From: Convolutriloba macropyga
Lineage: Eukaryota
Reading direction: 5' to 3'
NCBI RefSeq assembly: GCF_964194025.1
Contig: NC_134478.1
Location: forward strand, 20,956,001-21,020,000
DNA length: 64,000 nt
The position numbers and the translations under genes were made by a program. The notes beneath the pieces are model-generated. The model saw only the letters and a list, made by a program, of their open reading frames with translations. It was not told the DNA's origin and searched no databases. Of this stretch, positions 38,290 to 52,360 are shown piece by piece (position 1 is the stretch's first letter; every line of letters starts with the position of its first letter).

Positions 38290-39820
38290 AACAATTACAA
38301 ATCCAATAAATCCTAAATTGCAAAACAAAAGATTAAAAAAATTTTTTTGATGTAATTTCCGGACTTTCAATACACCTTTTCTGCTATAAACAGGTTGGTT
38401 TCTGAATAAAAAACAAGTGACAACGTTGCAGCTTATTTCTTTATAAACAGCATGTACAAATTGTTAAACTTAAAAATGAAGCAGACAAAGGCATAAGTAT
38501 TGTGTATCTAAATTTTGCGAAACATTTTCACAACGTGCCAGACACCGATTTGGTAATAAAACTCCAGAACATCGGCGTCGGAGGAAAATTATTTGAAGCA
38601 GTTTCAATATAACTAGTAAAAAAAGAAACAGTTTTTATAAAAAACAATGAAGTATTTGGTTTAGAAGAGGTCCCACAATATCCAATACTCGGACTTACTT
38701 TCTTCATCATTTTTAATAATGATTTTCTTGAACATTTAGACAATCTCAATGGTTGTTGTTTGAAAGTAGTAAGTGAGAAGCAGTGTAATACAGAAACTCC
38801 TACTTCAAATTCATCAATTTCTTGTAATGGAACTCAAATGAAATTTTAGTACAGTAAAACCGATCTACTAATAGTCAAGGGAAACATAAGGGCATCCATT
38901 GGTCACCATCAGCTGGATCAAATGAAAAACTGACGCCGTAATGTGCTCTAAATTAGATCAATTTTTTTCTGGGAAAAACTAATCGTTCACGAAATATAGG
39001 TGAAAATAGCTTTTTTCAAACACAAAATAAAAATTTCTGAGTCTTCAAAAATTTTTAGCTGAAATCAAAACTCTAGACTTCTTCCGGTTACGAAATGTCG
39101 CAAAGTACCTACTGCTCTTAGGCATGATGTCCATATCAGTCGCAAATGAAGAAAATGAATTGGTAAAAAACTGCTATAACATGAAGCTCAAATAAAAAAT
39201 GCAACTATAAACAGCGTCTCTTCTTTCTAATACTACTCTGTCTCAGCTTTTATTTTAAATGTAAGAATTTTTGTACCTTATTGCTTTGAAAGAAAGTAAA
39301 TTTGACATTGAAAAATCAAACCAGAAGTTATTTAAGAGAGTATTACCTTTCAAAATAGCCAAGAAAATTTACACATATGTAAAACTTGACTGAGGACTGA
39401 CAAAAAATTCTTCCATCGAACAACAATTCAATCCAACCTAGTTTATAAAATGTATGCAAAAACAAAAAAGTTTTTTAAAAAATTGTGTTTAAAATGTTTC
39501 ATTATTTCTGTAATTGAAACACAAATTTAACTAGCGTCATATATATAAATAGGGAAACTAAATCAGCAATCAGTAGCTAACAGACTCGTCGGACAAATGA
39601 AGGATTTCTAAACCCAGAAGAACGATTTTAAAATCATATTCTCCCGCCACTGATAACCAGAAAGAAGCAAGAAAAGATCAGGAACGTTTACTCAGAACCG
39701 TAGGACGCAAAAAAGACCAAACGCTAAAAACCAAGAAGGCACTGGAGTCATATGCCGTAGACTTAACTCGAAAAAAGAGCGTCCAAATGTTTAAGTGCTG
39801 TCCTTATAAAGAGGTACATT
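38290..39820 (+). mobile_element. Diverged duplicate of the LINE RT 3' end plus flank
   Basis: VYLNFAKTFHNVP RT remnant colinear with 36500-37790; 39676-39818 repeats 38145-38290. Confidence 0.7.
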
Positions 39821-39859
39821 TTTGACCTGACCAAATTATGAATGCTTGATGTAGTCTCC

Positions 39860-40430
39860 ATGACCAAATGACGGGAACCCACAATTGCTCATGTTTTACG
39901 ATGCGCATAGAGTGGATACACTCACCTTAGACACAACTTTTGCAATTCGAGGGCCAATATACTCGACCACGAACTCGGTGAAGTAGAATTTGAACCATGT
40001 CTTCAGACTTTGCTAAGGGAACCACTCAAAAATCAAAGCACAACAGCAATTCAAACTAGATATCAAGATATCATGTGAGAGCAGATTCTCCAAGACCTTT
40101 TCATCTAAACAAATTTAACCCTCATGGTAAAAGCTGTCCAAGATAAATCGCGTAAGCCTACAAATATCAGGAGCAAAAACAAAAATAAAAAAATGAACAG
40201 CGAATCAGAGATGTCGAGCAAGCCACTTATAATATTTTGATCTTCTCTTGCACTGGAAAAGCTACTCCCTCTGCTCCTAATGTCATGAAGCGCCTAACTT
40301 GGAGTCTGTGCGGACATCATCGCGTACATAAAGACAGAAATGAGGTTCGATCTATTGCGAAGTTCAATCATATGCATCCTCAGATCTCAAGCACTCCGGC
40401 AACGCGAGATCGTGTATTGAGCTATTTTTG
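39860..40430 (+). mobile_element. CRE-like REL-domain fragment
   Basis: TIAHVLRCA.SGYTHLRHN...VEFEPCLQTL...KLDIK, homologous to the 24640-24900 motifs. Confidence 0.6.
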
Positions 40431-41699
40431 AAGACGGGACGTTGCTGTCCTAATTGTGCAGCTCTTCTCACCTATGATCCTCTTAACTGATTCAATAAAA
40501 TTTTGTCAATTTGAGAGTGTACTTATCAACATTGTATAAGCTAATCTGTATATTTTGCATTCGATGCTAAATCGAGTTTTCCTACTGCCAAAATTTTATA
40601 ATGTATATAGGAATTGATCGGCAGCCCCAAACTGGCAGAGTACCCTATACGGGGTGGCAATTCTTTTACTGATCTTTTAAAAATCAGATCAAACATTTTC
40701 TCCGACAATCAATTTCAACAACAAAATATGTCAAACTTCAAAACATTCTTACAGAAGATTGCTTTTTAAGGTCTTTTTGGCTAGTTCCAGGTTTATGACC
40801 TGGGAGAATGTTGCTTTCATTTTTTGCAGTTATCTTAAAATTAATTGTGTCGTTCCAATATGTTATTGCAAAAAGATTAGCAGTTACACGGGTAAGCAGC
40901 TTTTGTGTAAAGATACAGTAGTGGACTTGCTTGTTCCTTCTTGGGAATGATCAGTGCCAGATATGCGCACAGCTGCTGCAAAGGCTCAAGAAATAAATTC
41001 AAGGAAAAATAGCGAACTCAACCAAATTTCTATTTGCTCCTGCCTATAGGCGTAGAGATGCAATGAAAATTCGAACCGTCTTTAGAAATTTTTTTGGGAA
41101 CATTACAATTAACAAAATGTCGCAAAACAAAAAAAATAAAACTAATCTTTAAGTTTTTCCGAAACGAAATTAAGTTTTAATTTCAAAAGTGTACAAGAAT
41201 AATAGCGACAAAGTATACTACACTGATGAGAGGGGTTGAATGAGAAAATATTGCTCATGATCAAAACTCAATTATAGATGTACCCTCAAATGTTTCACTC
41301 ACGTAATGAAAATTTTAGAGCCAAAATTCGGAGCTAATTGTATTTAAGTTGCGAATGATTTCCAAAAAACCTACCGCTAAAAACCTACCGCTAAAACCTA
41401 CATAAGAAAACTATTTTTTTTGTAAATATCGGACTTAACTATCTCAACCAAATATAGATTAGTACAAAATATACGGCCCCATTTCAGCCCCAAGAGAACA
41501 AGGGACCAAGGTTTTTTTATGAGAGACCAATTTGTGAGAATATTTGTTGTATTGAGTCCATTTCTGTTCGTTTTGTTTAGTCAATTTGGGAGATTAATTG
41601 TTGTGCTGAATGAAGTAACAGATCTCTGTCAATACCAAAATTTGTATTTCAAAAGAAAGAAAAGTGGCCGGTTTATCGGATTTAGTGAATTCACTTCAC

Positions 41700-43110
41700 A
41701 TCGTTGTAGGAAATCATAGTAAATATAGCTTCATTTGATTAGATGTACCTATTTAGGTGACTATGAAATGCAATGATCAACCAATCATTGAGTAACTCAG
41801 GTTAGGGAAGGGACACTGTGATATCAGTAAAGAAATGTTTGGGCATCATCAGGAACATCAAAAGGGGTTAGGCTTACATAGGTAGAATGAACGATTGAAC
41901 AAAGTAGACTCCTCAAGGACTTCAGTAACCTTAAACACATGATGCTCTATGACCTGGCGTTTTAATCAAATGGGATAATAACTTTTTTCATCGGGGTGTG
42001 AAGTGAACACCGAAAAGCTCTTCACGCCATCTTTAAGTTTGTTTTAGTTATAATGTTCGATCAGTGTTTAAATAATTGAATTGAGGACCTTAAATAATTC
42101 TCAATTGTAGAGTCGCCAAAGGATTTTGTTTAGAAACAAACTTCTTACGATTAGAAGATAAATATGTAGCTAGAGAGGCAATCAGACCAATACTGGCGTT
42201 GCAATTTATCAGTTAAATAATTATAGTATTTTGTTGTCTCAATACCTACAAATTAGGATTTAACAGAGGGCTTGTTTTAACCCTTCTTCCATTTAAGAGA
42301 AATAGTTTTATGAAGTTACCATCCCTCCCCGAAGTAAAATCTCTCAGGAAGCTATTGCAAGCAGACTTGTGGAATTGTATAATAGGCCTCCACCCAAAAT
42401 TATTCAAGTTCTGCACTGCCGACCACAGAGGGATTTTTCTGATTGGAGGACAGCTTTTAACAGTTTTTTCGAATAACAAGTTTCGAATAACAATAACAGT
42501 TTTCGCACAATTTTTTCATTGACTGCTTCTTCGCCATCGAAATCTCAAAAGCTTCTGAGGGTGAAAACTTATTGAAATCGGGAAGCAGTTGCCATTAAGA
42601 AAGCACCAGTAAAACATTTTTATTTCAATGAATCACAAAAATGGGACAAATATCCTGAAAACTATGCCTAATTCAAGCATTATCAGTAAGAAACACTCAT
42701 TAACTGGGCGGAGAGATCGTACAATAATTATGTATGTGACAATTCCTTGGCCAGAGAGAAAAAGCCGAAGATTTTTGCTATCTCGAATTTGAGAGAAGGA
42801 CTTCTCGACGAAGAGATTGCTGAAGACTTGAAGCGACAGAAATATATGGGTATGGCTGTCACTTTGGGCGCTGCCTTAGACTTGAAGTTGAACATCTCCA
42901 CAACCAACGAACACAAAGATGATGATGTTCGGTGTAGTACTAGATCAGTAGTCAACATGAGAGAAGAAGTGTGAACATAGAAACATAGGTAAAACGACAT
43001 AGGTGAAGCGTTAGATACTCTCCCTTTGAGCCAGCGCCTATTAACCGATTAGCAACAGAGACACACTGCAAGCAGAGTATTGCGTCAGAATTGTGGCCTA
43101 GAAAAACCCT
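41700..43110 (-). mobile_element. Very old Penelope-like relic
   Basis: Faint colinear PLE motifs (RP, LTTDLV, PSLKFEIAKIFG resembling PxLWxRYxDDIF, IPL, SFLRD). Diverged paralog at 44930-47120. Confidence 0.45.
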
Positions 43111-46100
43111 AATGTAGCGGATGTGCTCAAATACAACGAAATCAATAGAATTTCAAAGACTAACTGTTGATTATGAGAAGACTCTTTAAAACTCATTTTT
43201 TAAATATTTTTTCGGCTTTGGTACTATTCAGTATGTAAATTACAGATTATTGTAATGTGCAATTTTTTTCAACAGATCAAGAGAATAAGAAAGACTGAGC
43301 GAAGGTTTTTTTAATGCTATTGTAGTATATTTTGGAAAACTTAGGCAATTATAGCAAATATACTAACATTGTTTGAGTTTACAGATTTTTCGATCTGAGT
43401 TAGAGTCAAAGCGTAACGGCTAATTGAGTTACAATTTTGTAGAAAGTTTTATCAGCAAAAATTAAACTAGATAAAATATGACAGTTCTGCTTATTTATCA
43501 AATGAACGGCTTCAGAAACATCAATGAAACTGAGATTTCTCAGCTCAAATAAAGAGGTCACTTTATAAATTAGGGAAGAACTTGTTTTAACCATGGATTT
43601 TTGCAAGAGTTTTGGCCTAAGATTTATTTAAGAGTTTTGTTGTGGGAATATGGAAATGAATACATCTCTTTTAAAATTTTTCGGGGCATAAGTGCCGATT
43701 GATTTTGATATTTTTTCAACCTTGATTTTTTAACCATGACTGCAAGCTTGAATTTTACTTCTTTTTGACTCAAAACTGGCTGAATTTAACACTCAATTTA
43801 CCCTTTCTTTTGGTAGGGATCAGGTTTTGTTCACATATGCAAGTTGGGGTGCAGCGTGCGTGTATTTCTATATCGCTCATCTATTTGATTAAAATATATT
43901 TTTTTAAAAAATAAGGTGTTTTGATATAAAATTCAATGTTTTGACATAATTGATTTGGTCAACTTCCAATTTAGCTTACCACTGTGAACAAAATTTTGCG
44001 TCAAACCTGTAGTTTTGATGAGCGCCCAAGATCAGCTTTGATTAACAGCCGCATTCTAGGGCGGTGGCCTCTGTGAATAATTTTGTACGAGAATTGCCCC
44101 TTTTTCCAACTGCAATTTAGTTTGATAACTCCTTATACCTTTAAATTACGCAGACAACCAGATTTTTGTTACTTTGTGACATAAAAAAAGAGAGATCAAA
44201 AATCTAGTTAACCGATCAAGCAGATTGTGTAGATCAGAGCGGATCAATGACCACTATCCAAAACTATCCACTATCCAAAACTTCGACACCCAGAAAATCA
44301 AAGAGCCACAACTACAGAAGAGAGCCAGACGTTGAAGCTGAAGGAATTAGATAGCATTCAAAGATGCTGCAGCACTGGACGTAAAGCCTCAACTCGTTAA
44401 GAAAAAATTTGTGCAAAAGATTTTTCCAGTACAAAACGAGAAAACAGCTTTGAATTTAGTCCTGCCAGACCACACTGGAAGATCTGGCAGATTCTTTATT
44501 GTACCAATTGTGCTTGATTTGACTCACAATTCTCGTGTCGGAGTGACACGAGTACTTAACTCCAAAAATAGTGAATAAAAGGTTACAAAACGCAATACTT
44601 GATCAAAATGAAAGCCACAAACTTAATCAGAGAGGACAAGAAAAATTGAGTCTATTGTAGTGACTCAGATTTAAACTGAGGGAAGGAATTGTGTACAGAA
44701 ACTGTCGTAACACTAAGAATGGTGTTGGTGCTAAAAGTTTAATTAAAGCGTTTTTCGAAAAAAAAACTGAAAAATTACTAACGTCGAAATATTCCTAAAA
44801 CCAAAGCAAATTCCAAGTTCGAAAAAAAACGATAATAATGGCGAAGTAAAGGAGGCTATTGAGAGACTATAATTATATAAATATATAAAATCTGATGAAG
44901 ATTCATTTTTATGTCTCCTTTCAGTTTTTCACCTACGTAATGAAAGCCTTAGAGCCCAAATTAGGAACTGATGGTATCGAGAATGACCTCACAAGACCCA
45001 CACCTAATAAGCATTTTTTCCATAATTATGAAAATTTTTGTTAAAACTCTGATTTAACTGTCTCAACCAAATATAGATTAGCAGTATATATATGGCCCAA
45101 ACTGAGCCACAAGAGAAGGGGAGACCGAGCATTAATTGTGTTAAGTCAATTTTTGTGTTGAGTCAATTTGTTTTGACATACCCAGATGGGTGACTATAAA
45201 ATGTAGCGATCAACCAAAAACTAAGTTTATCTTGTTATGGAAGGAAACATTGTTAACAATAGAGACGACTGCGCACATCGCCAGGACGATTGCCTTCTCA
45301 GAGTGTTCAACGTCCGCACTGGTTCCAGGAGAAGAATAGTGAAGCTACTCTGAGGGCAAGGTTATCTACTCGTAGAAGAATGGCAGGTCAGGTTAATCTA
45401 GGTAAAGAGGACGAGTGTTATATGTAGAGTTCTCAAGGTCTGCGGTAGCAACTACTGAAAAAGCTGATGCGCAACTGATTAGAATTCTATTCAAGGGGTT
45501 TATAACTCGTACCTTTGGGTTGTGCAGTGAGCACCCCAAGTTCTTCATGCTATCTTTAACCTGGTTTTAAGTTTATTGGTTGATCCAGTTGGTAAATATT
45601 TTAATTGAGGACCTGGTATAATTGAATTGAGGACCCGGAGTCACCAACTTGTTTTGTGTAGTAAGAAATCTCTTATGATTAGAAAATAACTATTTGAGTA
45701 GAAAGGTAGTAAGAACTATACTGGCGTTAATTTTTGTCACTTAATTATTTAAAGTTTTATATCACCTCAATAAGTTCAAAAAAGGATTGCCGGAGTGCTT
45801 GACATTAACATTTGTTCCATTTAAAAGTAATAGGTTTATGAAATTCATGCCCCTCCCTGTTGTATGTTCTTTCAGGGAGCTATTCTAAGTAGTCTTGCGG
45901 AACTGTGAACAAGATATAACTCCATTATAGCGGCGGGTGCCTTTTTTAGGAACCATAAATGACACAACAGCTTTTGAACATATTTTCGTTTCGCAATTGT
46001 TTATTTTTCTGTGCTGTTCAGTGGCACGGTTACGGGACCAGTGTTTTAAAAAATTTTTGTTAGGCCGTCTTTTTTTTTCTGACAACAACTGCCAGGCCCG

Positions 46101-46117
46101 TAGATTACTGTTGAAAA

Positions 46118-46951
46118 CCCGAGTCAAGGAAAATTCGGAAAATATGTAAGATAAGCGGTAAAATTGTTTTTGCTTTCATCGCAAATTTCGTACATAATTT
46201 TGAGATAAAAAGCGGTGAAATTATGTAAATTCACCGTTATAATGAGCGGTAAATTTACAAAAGGTCACCGCATTTCACCGCCCTTACAAGGGTTCGAACT
46301 TCTCACCTCCTGCATGTCAAGCAACTCTTCTTCCACTGCGCCATTTTTCACTGACTTCTAGTATTTTTCTTTTGAATGTAAATCGAGCTCAATCTACTTT
46401 CTGTCGAACATGTGCGTTGAATTGTAAGATTTGTGATTCTTAGCGGTGAAATTACATATTTTAGTGGTGAAATGTGGTGATATTTTGTAAGTTCACCGCT
46501 TGCTCTAGTGGTGGAATTGCAATAATTCACCGCTAAGAAAAAAGTGTCAAAGAGATGTAAAATTAAGGTGTAATTTTATGGGGGAGGCTGAAATCTACCA
46601 TTTCCTCCCCTTCTCTCCATTAATGTCCCCGCATTCACTGCTGAGCTCACACAATTTTCACACTCTTTTTTTCTAAATGGAGAATTTATGTAAGTTAACC
46701 ACTAAGTTAAGCGGTGATTTTTTGTACGTTCATCTCAATCACCGCTTATCTCACAAAAATTGGACACTTTTTTCAGAGGGCTGAACTTATGTAAATTCAC
46801 CGCTATCAGGCGATAAAGTTTTTTTTTCAGCGCATTCACCGCCTGATTTATATAATTTCACCGCATTCACCGCTTATCTTACAAAATTTCCCGCATTCAC
46901 CGCATATCTTACATAATTTTGCGTTGAATGGTGGTGACACCTCGACCCGGA
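46118..46951. mobile_element. CACTA/EnSpm-like non-autonomous element
   Basis: Termini CCCGAGTCAAGG / CCTCGACCCGG(A), AA on both flanks, many TCACCGC/GCGGT subterminal repeats. Confidence 0.7.
46280..46346 (-). pseudogene. tRNA-like segment inside the MITE
   Basis: Minus strand TGGCGCAGTGG (A box)...CTTGACATGCAGGAGGT..GTTCGAACC (B box); no intact acceptor stem. Confidence 0.5.
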
Positions 46952-47955
46952 AAAAAGTTAATTGGGAGTCACAAATCAATTACTGCAATCAATTATTGAA
47001 CTTCCAATGGATTTTTCCAAATTCTTGATGGTTAGTAACACATTTTCACTATTTGGAAACAATGAACATGGCTTCCAGAATGTTAGCGACTCAAAGATTA
47101 GCCAAATTGTCAAAAGTAGGAACCATCGGTCTGTTTTGTCTGATCCATTCCCATTCTTCCGTCTGGCCCATACTTAAGTCCATTTTGTTTGCTGTGTCCT
47201 ATAATGTTTGATCTGGCCCACACCCACACAGCTGTATGCTTAGACTGGCCCAAACTCATACATCTCTGTTTGGTCTGACCAATACACTGGCCAATACATT
47301 TGTCTGTTCGGCCTGGCGCATTCCTGTTCATTGGTAGGGCTAGATTTTATTGCCTCTTTGGAGAGATAATATCAAGCAAATTTGCTCTAATCATCATCCA
47401 AACAAACTATCTGGACTGATCAAAGCCAAATATGGTTTATGTGTCCCAGAGCCTGGCTTGCGTCTGTTCTCTCTGGGCTAAGGTCTGACTTGGGTCTGTG
47501 TATTCTGGCCCCGAATGGCCGACGTCTGTTCGATCTAACGATTATTCTATCCCACAAAAAGCTTAGATACTATTTTGCTGAATCGCAGACCATTTATTTG
47601 TTGCCTAAAAAGCGTGACATGCGCAAAACAAATCAACTGTTTTTTTCCAATTTTGCAGGTGTGAACTTACTGGACACGGCATTATTGGAAGGAAACGTTG
47701 AACAACAAAAATTAAAATAACCATAAAAAATTCCTCGTTTTTATACTTCGTTAATCTATTTCCCGGCCTCTGTATTTCTAGCAGACTACACTGTGTGCGT
47801 CAAAGTGAACTCATAGAAAGATCCTGACATGAAATTCAACAAATCATAAAACTCTTCTGACAATTCTGTCTAATTAATGTTTGATTTGGTCTCGTCGGCA
47901 GACATTTCTATAACGAACACAATTCAGAAGCCTAAATTGACAAGTCTTCACTATC

Positions 47956-48182
47956 CCCGGGTTGCCCGTCTTACAACTTTCCTTGATTTCATACAAAGTC
48001 ATATATGATTTGTATGATTTCTTAGTAATCGTAAAAGAAAATCAGATTTTTCCTGGTAATCATACAAGGATAATGTATGATTTCTTAGGTTCCATGCAAG
48101 AATCGCGTACTAGGAAATACGTTAAGATTTGTATGACATCATATATGATCCTTGTAGGATTACCGGGAAAGGTCAACACGGG
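47956..48182. mobile_element. CCC-ended MITE
   Basis: Imperfect TIR CCCGGGTTGCCC / GGTCAACACGGG; internal TATGAT repeats. Confidence 0.55.
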
Positions 48183-48810
48183 GCTTTGCCAAATTTATTC
48201 AGTTTATGAGAGAAATGTTATGTGAAGTGAGTTAGAAATCCATGAGTGATGTGTAATATTCATAAAAGTTCGTTTTTGATCTGATTGTTGTAACATGAAT
48301 GTCCATTTCTCTCCTTCTCTCCCCTTCATCTCTCTCTAGCTCTTTTTGTATAATAGCCAATAATCTATCAGCATGTTTTGACAGTCGAGCACCACGGGAG
48401 TAGAAGCTGTGAAATGATTTGCTGAAAAACAATAAACAATATTATTCTTCAAACTGTTGGGAATCTTAGCGCACCTGACCAAGTAAGCTGTACAACACTT
48501 TGCTGAAAAAAAGAGGTTTTCAAGCCTCATCATTGTAAGTTTTAAATTGCAGAAATTTGCTTTCAAACATTTCTATAAACTTTTCTGAGGTGAATTCGGG
48601 CCTCCGCATTGGAAATTTTTTGACATGTTATGTGATTTTTCCTGGGTTCAAATCTTGATTATCTATCTAACTAGAAGGGCTTTTCTTAGCGCTGCGAATC
48701 ATGAATGCAAGTTAAACTAAAGAGCACTGAAGTAGTTTCACCCCTGGTCGAGGTGTTTGTTAATGATCAGACAATCAAAAACGCACGGGGGGGGGGGGGG
48801 GGGGGTGCGT

Positions 48811-49077
48811 CCCGGGTCGAGGTGTCACCGCTAAAAATCGCTAAAAGATGTAAGATTTGCGGTGAATTTGAGTAAAAGTGTAAGAGTTGCGTTCAATGCG
48901 ATGAATGCAGTGAAACAAAAATTTTCACCGCAAAATTCAACGCAATTCTTACAAAAATTCACCGCTTTCAGCGCATTCAACGCTAAAAGATGCGGGCGCT
49001 TTGCGGTGAAAAAAGTTTTTTTTCACCGCTATTCACCGCTAATCTTACATTATTTTTTGTCAAAACCTCGACCCGGG
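48811..49077. mobile_element. CACTA/EnSpm-like MITE, same family as 46118-46951
   Basis: Perfect 13-bp TIR CCCGGGTCGAGGT / ACCTCGACCCGGG, 2-bp GT duplication, TCACCGC repeats. Confidence 0.8.
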
Positions 49078-49078
49078 G

Positions 49079-49274
49079 TAATCAGTAACCTGGTTGCTAC
49101 TCCAAAATGCATTTTAAATATTACACCAAAAAGGATGCCCTCAGAAAGTTATAGGTGGTTCAATTCCAAGGTAATATGTACATATTACCTTATAATTGAA
49201 CCACTTATAACTGAACCACCTTTTTGGTGTAATATTTAAAATGCATTTTGGAGTAGCGACAAGATTACTGATTA
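49079..49274. repeat. ~196-bp near-perfect palindrome (foldback MITE)
   Basis: Arms pair from TAATCAGTAA / TTACTGATTA to the centre GTAATATGT|ACATATTAC, with one bulge. Confidence 0.9.
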
Positions 49275-49329
49275 TCATGGTTACAATGTGGTAGAGTGTT
49301 ATGGTGTCATCTCATATCATATAGCAGTC

Positions 49330-50600
49330 TTTGCGTTTTGATATACTTACCTTCAGCACAATTTTAGCAGTGAATAAACAGTACTGAATCGAATCCCGGA
49401 ATGTCCCTCAAGAAAAGTGACCAATATCGTTAAATTCACTTGTTTCAACCCCTTTTTTGGCTAGAGGTTGGAATAAGGACTGCTTGAAAGTTATCAAATG
49501 TTATTTATCAATGACCTTTTTTCAAAGTTAGATGCTAATCTATCAGGGTGAAAGGAAACGTCAACTATAACTATTATAAGTGAATACAATCGTTCCTTTC
49601 CGCCCATTGTCTCACGGAGAATCTGAGCAAGATTCACAATTAATGTATTGAAGCTGATTTTTGCATGATTTGTCAACCAGCTGAACCAAAAAACTAAAAC
49701 TGTTAAATTACCATGGCAAGTTGTGAACCGTAGTTTTTTTGGTATCTTCATCGTGAAATTTTTCCACTTTGGCGCTGGCCCCTTTTTTGATCAAGATTGG
49801 AAACTCAATTACTGGATGAAGCGAATTTTTGTATTTTGGCAATTGTGATAACTTTTTAATGAAACTGAATGTTAAAATAAGGCGATAACATCCCGTACTT
49901 AACATCAAGTGAATATCAGTACTGCGCAAGTCTACGTATCAGTACTGATTCAGAGCTATGATCATAACACATTCAAGACTTGTCAGACTTGGCCAATACT
50001 TGGCAAGTCTTAGCCGAGTCTTAGCCAAGTGCGATATTAAAGTTACGTACCGGGATCGAACCACACCTAGATTGTTGTTCTCCAAACAGCGCCAAATCAA
50101 CTGTTGCAAATTTCTCTTTTGCGCCGTTAAAATACGCTTGAAAGAAGCAAATCTCATGTGAGAAAGCGAGCAAATTATATTACATGGGAGACTTGCATTT
50201 ACAATTGCCCAGTACTGATTTACACTTGGAGTTCGGTACGGGTGGTAAAAAAATTGAGAAGTATCTGCGAAAAGCAGGTCACCACCCATGTTGAGGTCCC
50301 AGATGGAATCAAATTTGTTCAGACCGATGTATGAGGGGATTCGTGTGTTCAAATTTACGTAGTCTGGAATTATAGAAAAACGCACATCTGAACTTGAACG
50401 CCCGAAAAGCTGGAAGTGAACGCACAAAATTTTGGACCTGATCGCACAAAAGTCTGGACTTGAACGCGCATAATTCTGGACATGAAGGCTCTAATTTTTG
50501 TCAGTAGAAAAAGTCTATACCTCTTAGATGATTTCAGGGATAAAAAACACAGAAATAGCACACTTTTCTCAAGATCTTTTTCTGTGGAGGAGGTGAGTTT
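49330..50600 (-). pseudogene. Coding-like relic, possibly a further protease-domain exon of the same locus
   Basis: 162-aa ORF with YIG...FFYHPY...AIV...IICSL, loosely like the S1 middle region. Frameshifted continuation ends at a GTAAGT donor (~49331). Confidence 0.35.
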
Positions 50601-51799
50601 CCGCATTCAAAGTTTCTAAGACATATCTAGCGAGTTTTCCTGTTTTTCAATTATTGACTAATTATCTCAATGAAAGTCTTTTTTTGTTAACTCCTCTTGT
50701 TTCATGATTAATGCCAGCTTTTGCAAGCATTTGTACAACGAACGTCAAATTATTCAGTCCAAAAAATATTAATTGATCAAGTTTTTAGAAGCTGGGTGAA
50801 TTTCAATAACTCTGTGGTAGAAATTAAAAGTCATGAACGATTAATACTAAGGCAAAACGTTCCCAGGAGTCGAAAATCCAATAATTACATTTTTTCATGA
50901 AATCCATTTTGTCAAATTTTATTGTATCTGTAAAACAAATTCAAATGAACCGTATTTTTTTGTATAAGGCTGGCAATAAATGCAACATTAATGACCAGTA
51001 ATTGGATGTCCACTTGTAAGTGCTTACGAAAATCCAGTATTGAAATCACTCACAGTTATTTTGTTTTTAAAAAGATAAAAAGAATAATTTTGGTCGGACT
51101 GTTCTGATAACAACACCAACATGAATTAGTCTGCCTTTTAAAAAAATTAAGCATATTTTGTGGCTAAAATGACAATTGTGTGTTTGAAAAAAGTTGTTTG
51201 AATACAATAGCTGGTTGCAAAAGCGATGATTTTATTCAAGGAAGATCACTAATTATCTCAATGAAAATCAGACTTTCAGGTTGAATCACACTAGATGTTT
51301 TTATAAGTTTCTCAAAATTTTCATCATTTCAATTTTGCCTGGGATTATTTCTTTTTCACGCATAATTTATTGCCTAAGTTTTTGATCGGCATCATACTCA
51401 AAATCCGGGTAGTGTCAGTGTTCAGAGGGGTTTTTTGTATATTATTTTTGTATTTTCCTGAATCATTGAGAGTCAACTAGGGCTCTTTTTATTTATGAAA
51501 CAATCGTAAATGCCCGTTTTTTTTCTTTTTTTTTAACCGAAGACAACTGCCAGGAGTGAAGTTAAATCCCTCCGGTCATTTGGACAGAAACATTTTAAAT
51601 GCACCTTTTTCCTTCGTTTTGTCAATTTATACGTTTAATATTAGCAGAAGAATCAAAAGTGAAGGTTGCTTAATTTGGAAGTGCAAGTTGAGCATTTGCT
51701 TATAAGAAGAAAATAGCGGACACACAGTGCCCATTAATAGAATTTCCCACCGATTTTTTAAATAGGAAGCTGTACTGTGTAATAATGGACAATAAAGAT

Positions 51800-52360
51800 T
51801 TTTTAGTCTTTTTCATACTTCGAGGCCTCAACATGAGTCGCCTGATTGAGTTCTCGCCTAATATCCATATCCAGTTTGAGGCCGTAAAAATCCAATTGCT
51901 ATCTATCTGCCAGTTTATGCCAATTACAAAAATGATGAATAAATTGGAGGTTCTGGAGGCTGATCAGATAAGCCGTGAACTTCCACCACAGAAATGAGAC
52001 CTTTTGTGGTTACTAAGCAAGTTATACGATACAGAGAAACATTGGGAACATATCATTGCTAAAAATGGAAAATTCGAACGGGGATAAAAATGAAAAGAGC
52101 CCTTACAACTTTTGACGTCCACTTGAGATAACACCCAGCTGAACAAACTTCTGCGTAGGTTCATCAAAAAACAGAATTGGACCTCCGCTATCACCTCTCA
52201 TAACGGTCTCTCTTCCACTGTCCTGACAGCTGGCCACAGGTATAAAATCAGTAGGATCAATCATTTCGGGGTCTGTGGACCCTTCGAGATGACCACCCTT
52301 GACAGAGCCACGGTTGGATCTGTACTGATGAATTTTATCTATCCAATATGCTTTCCTCGC
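51800..52360 (-). pseudogene. Trypsin-like (S1) serine protease, end of one domain and start of a second, disrupted
   Basis: RGDSGGPILFFDEPTQKFVQLGVISSG (GDSGGP at 52195-52178), frameshift, then FPFLAMI...HFCGGS (51996-51979)...IDSNWIFTASNW..ILGEN with an in-frame stop. Confidence 0.75.

Larger units (their letters stand above)
44930..47120 (-). mobile_element. Second copy of the relic and flank, interrupted by a MITE
   Basis: 44930-45900 is colinear with 41300-42370; LTAQPKG resembles the PLE terminal LxTxxPxG motif. Confidence 0.5.

Noticed and set aside
41820-41870. Hammerhead ribozyme in Penelope-like relic (minus-strand CTGATGA)
   Set aside because: No properly placed GAAA or paired stems; the paralogous copy lacks CTGATGA.
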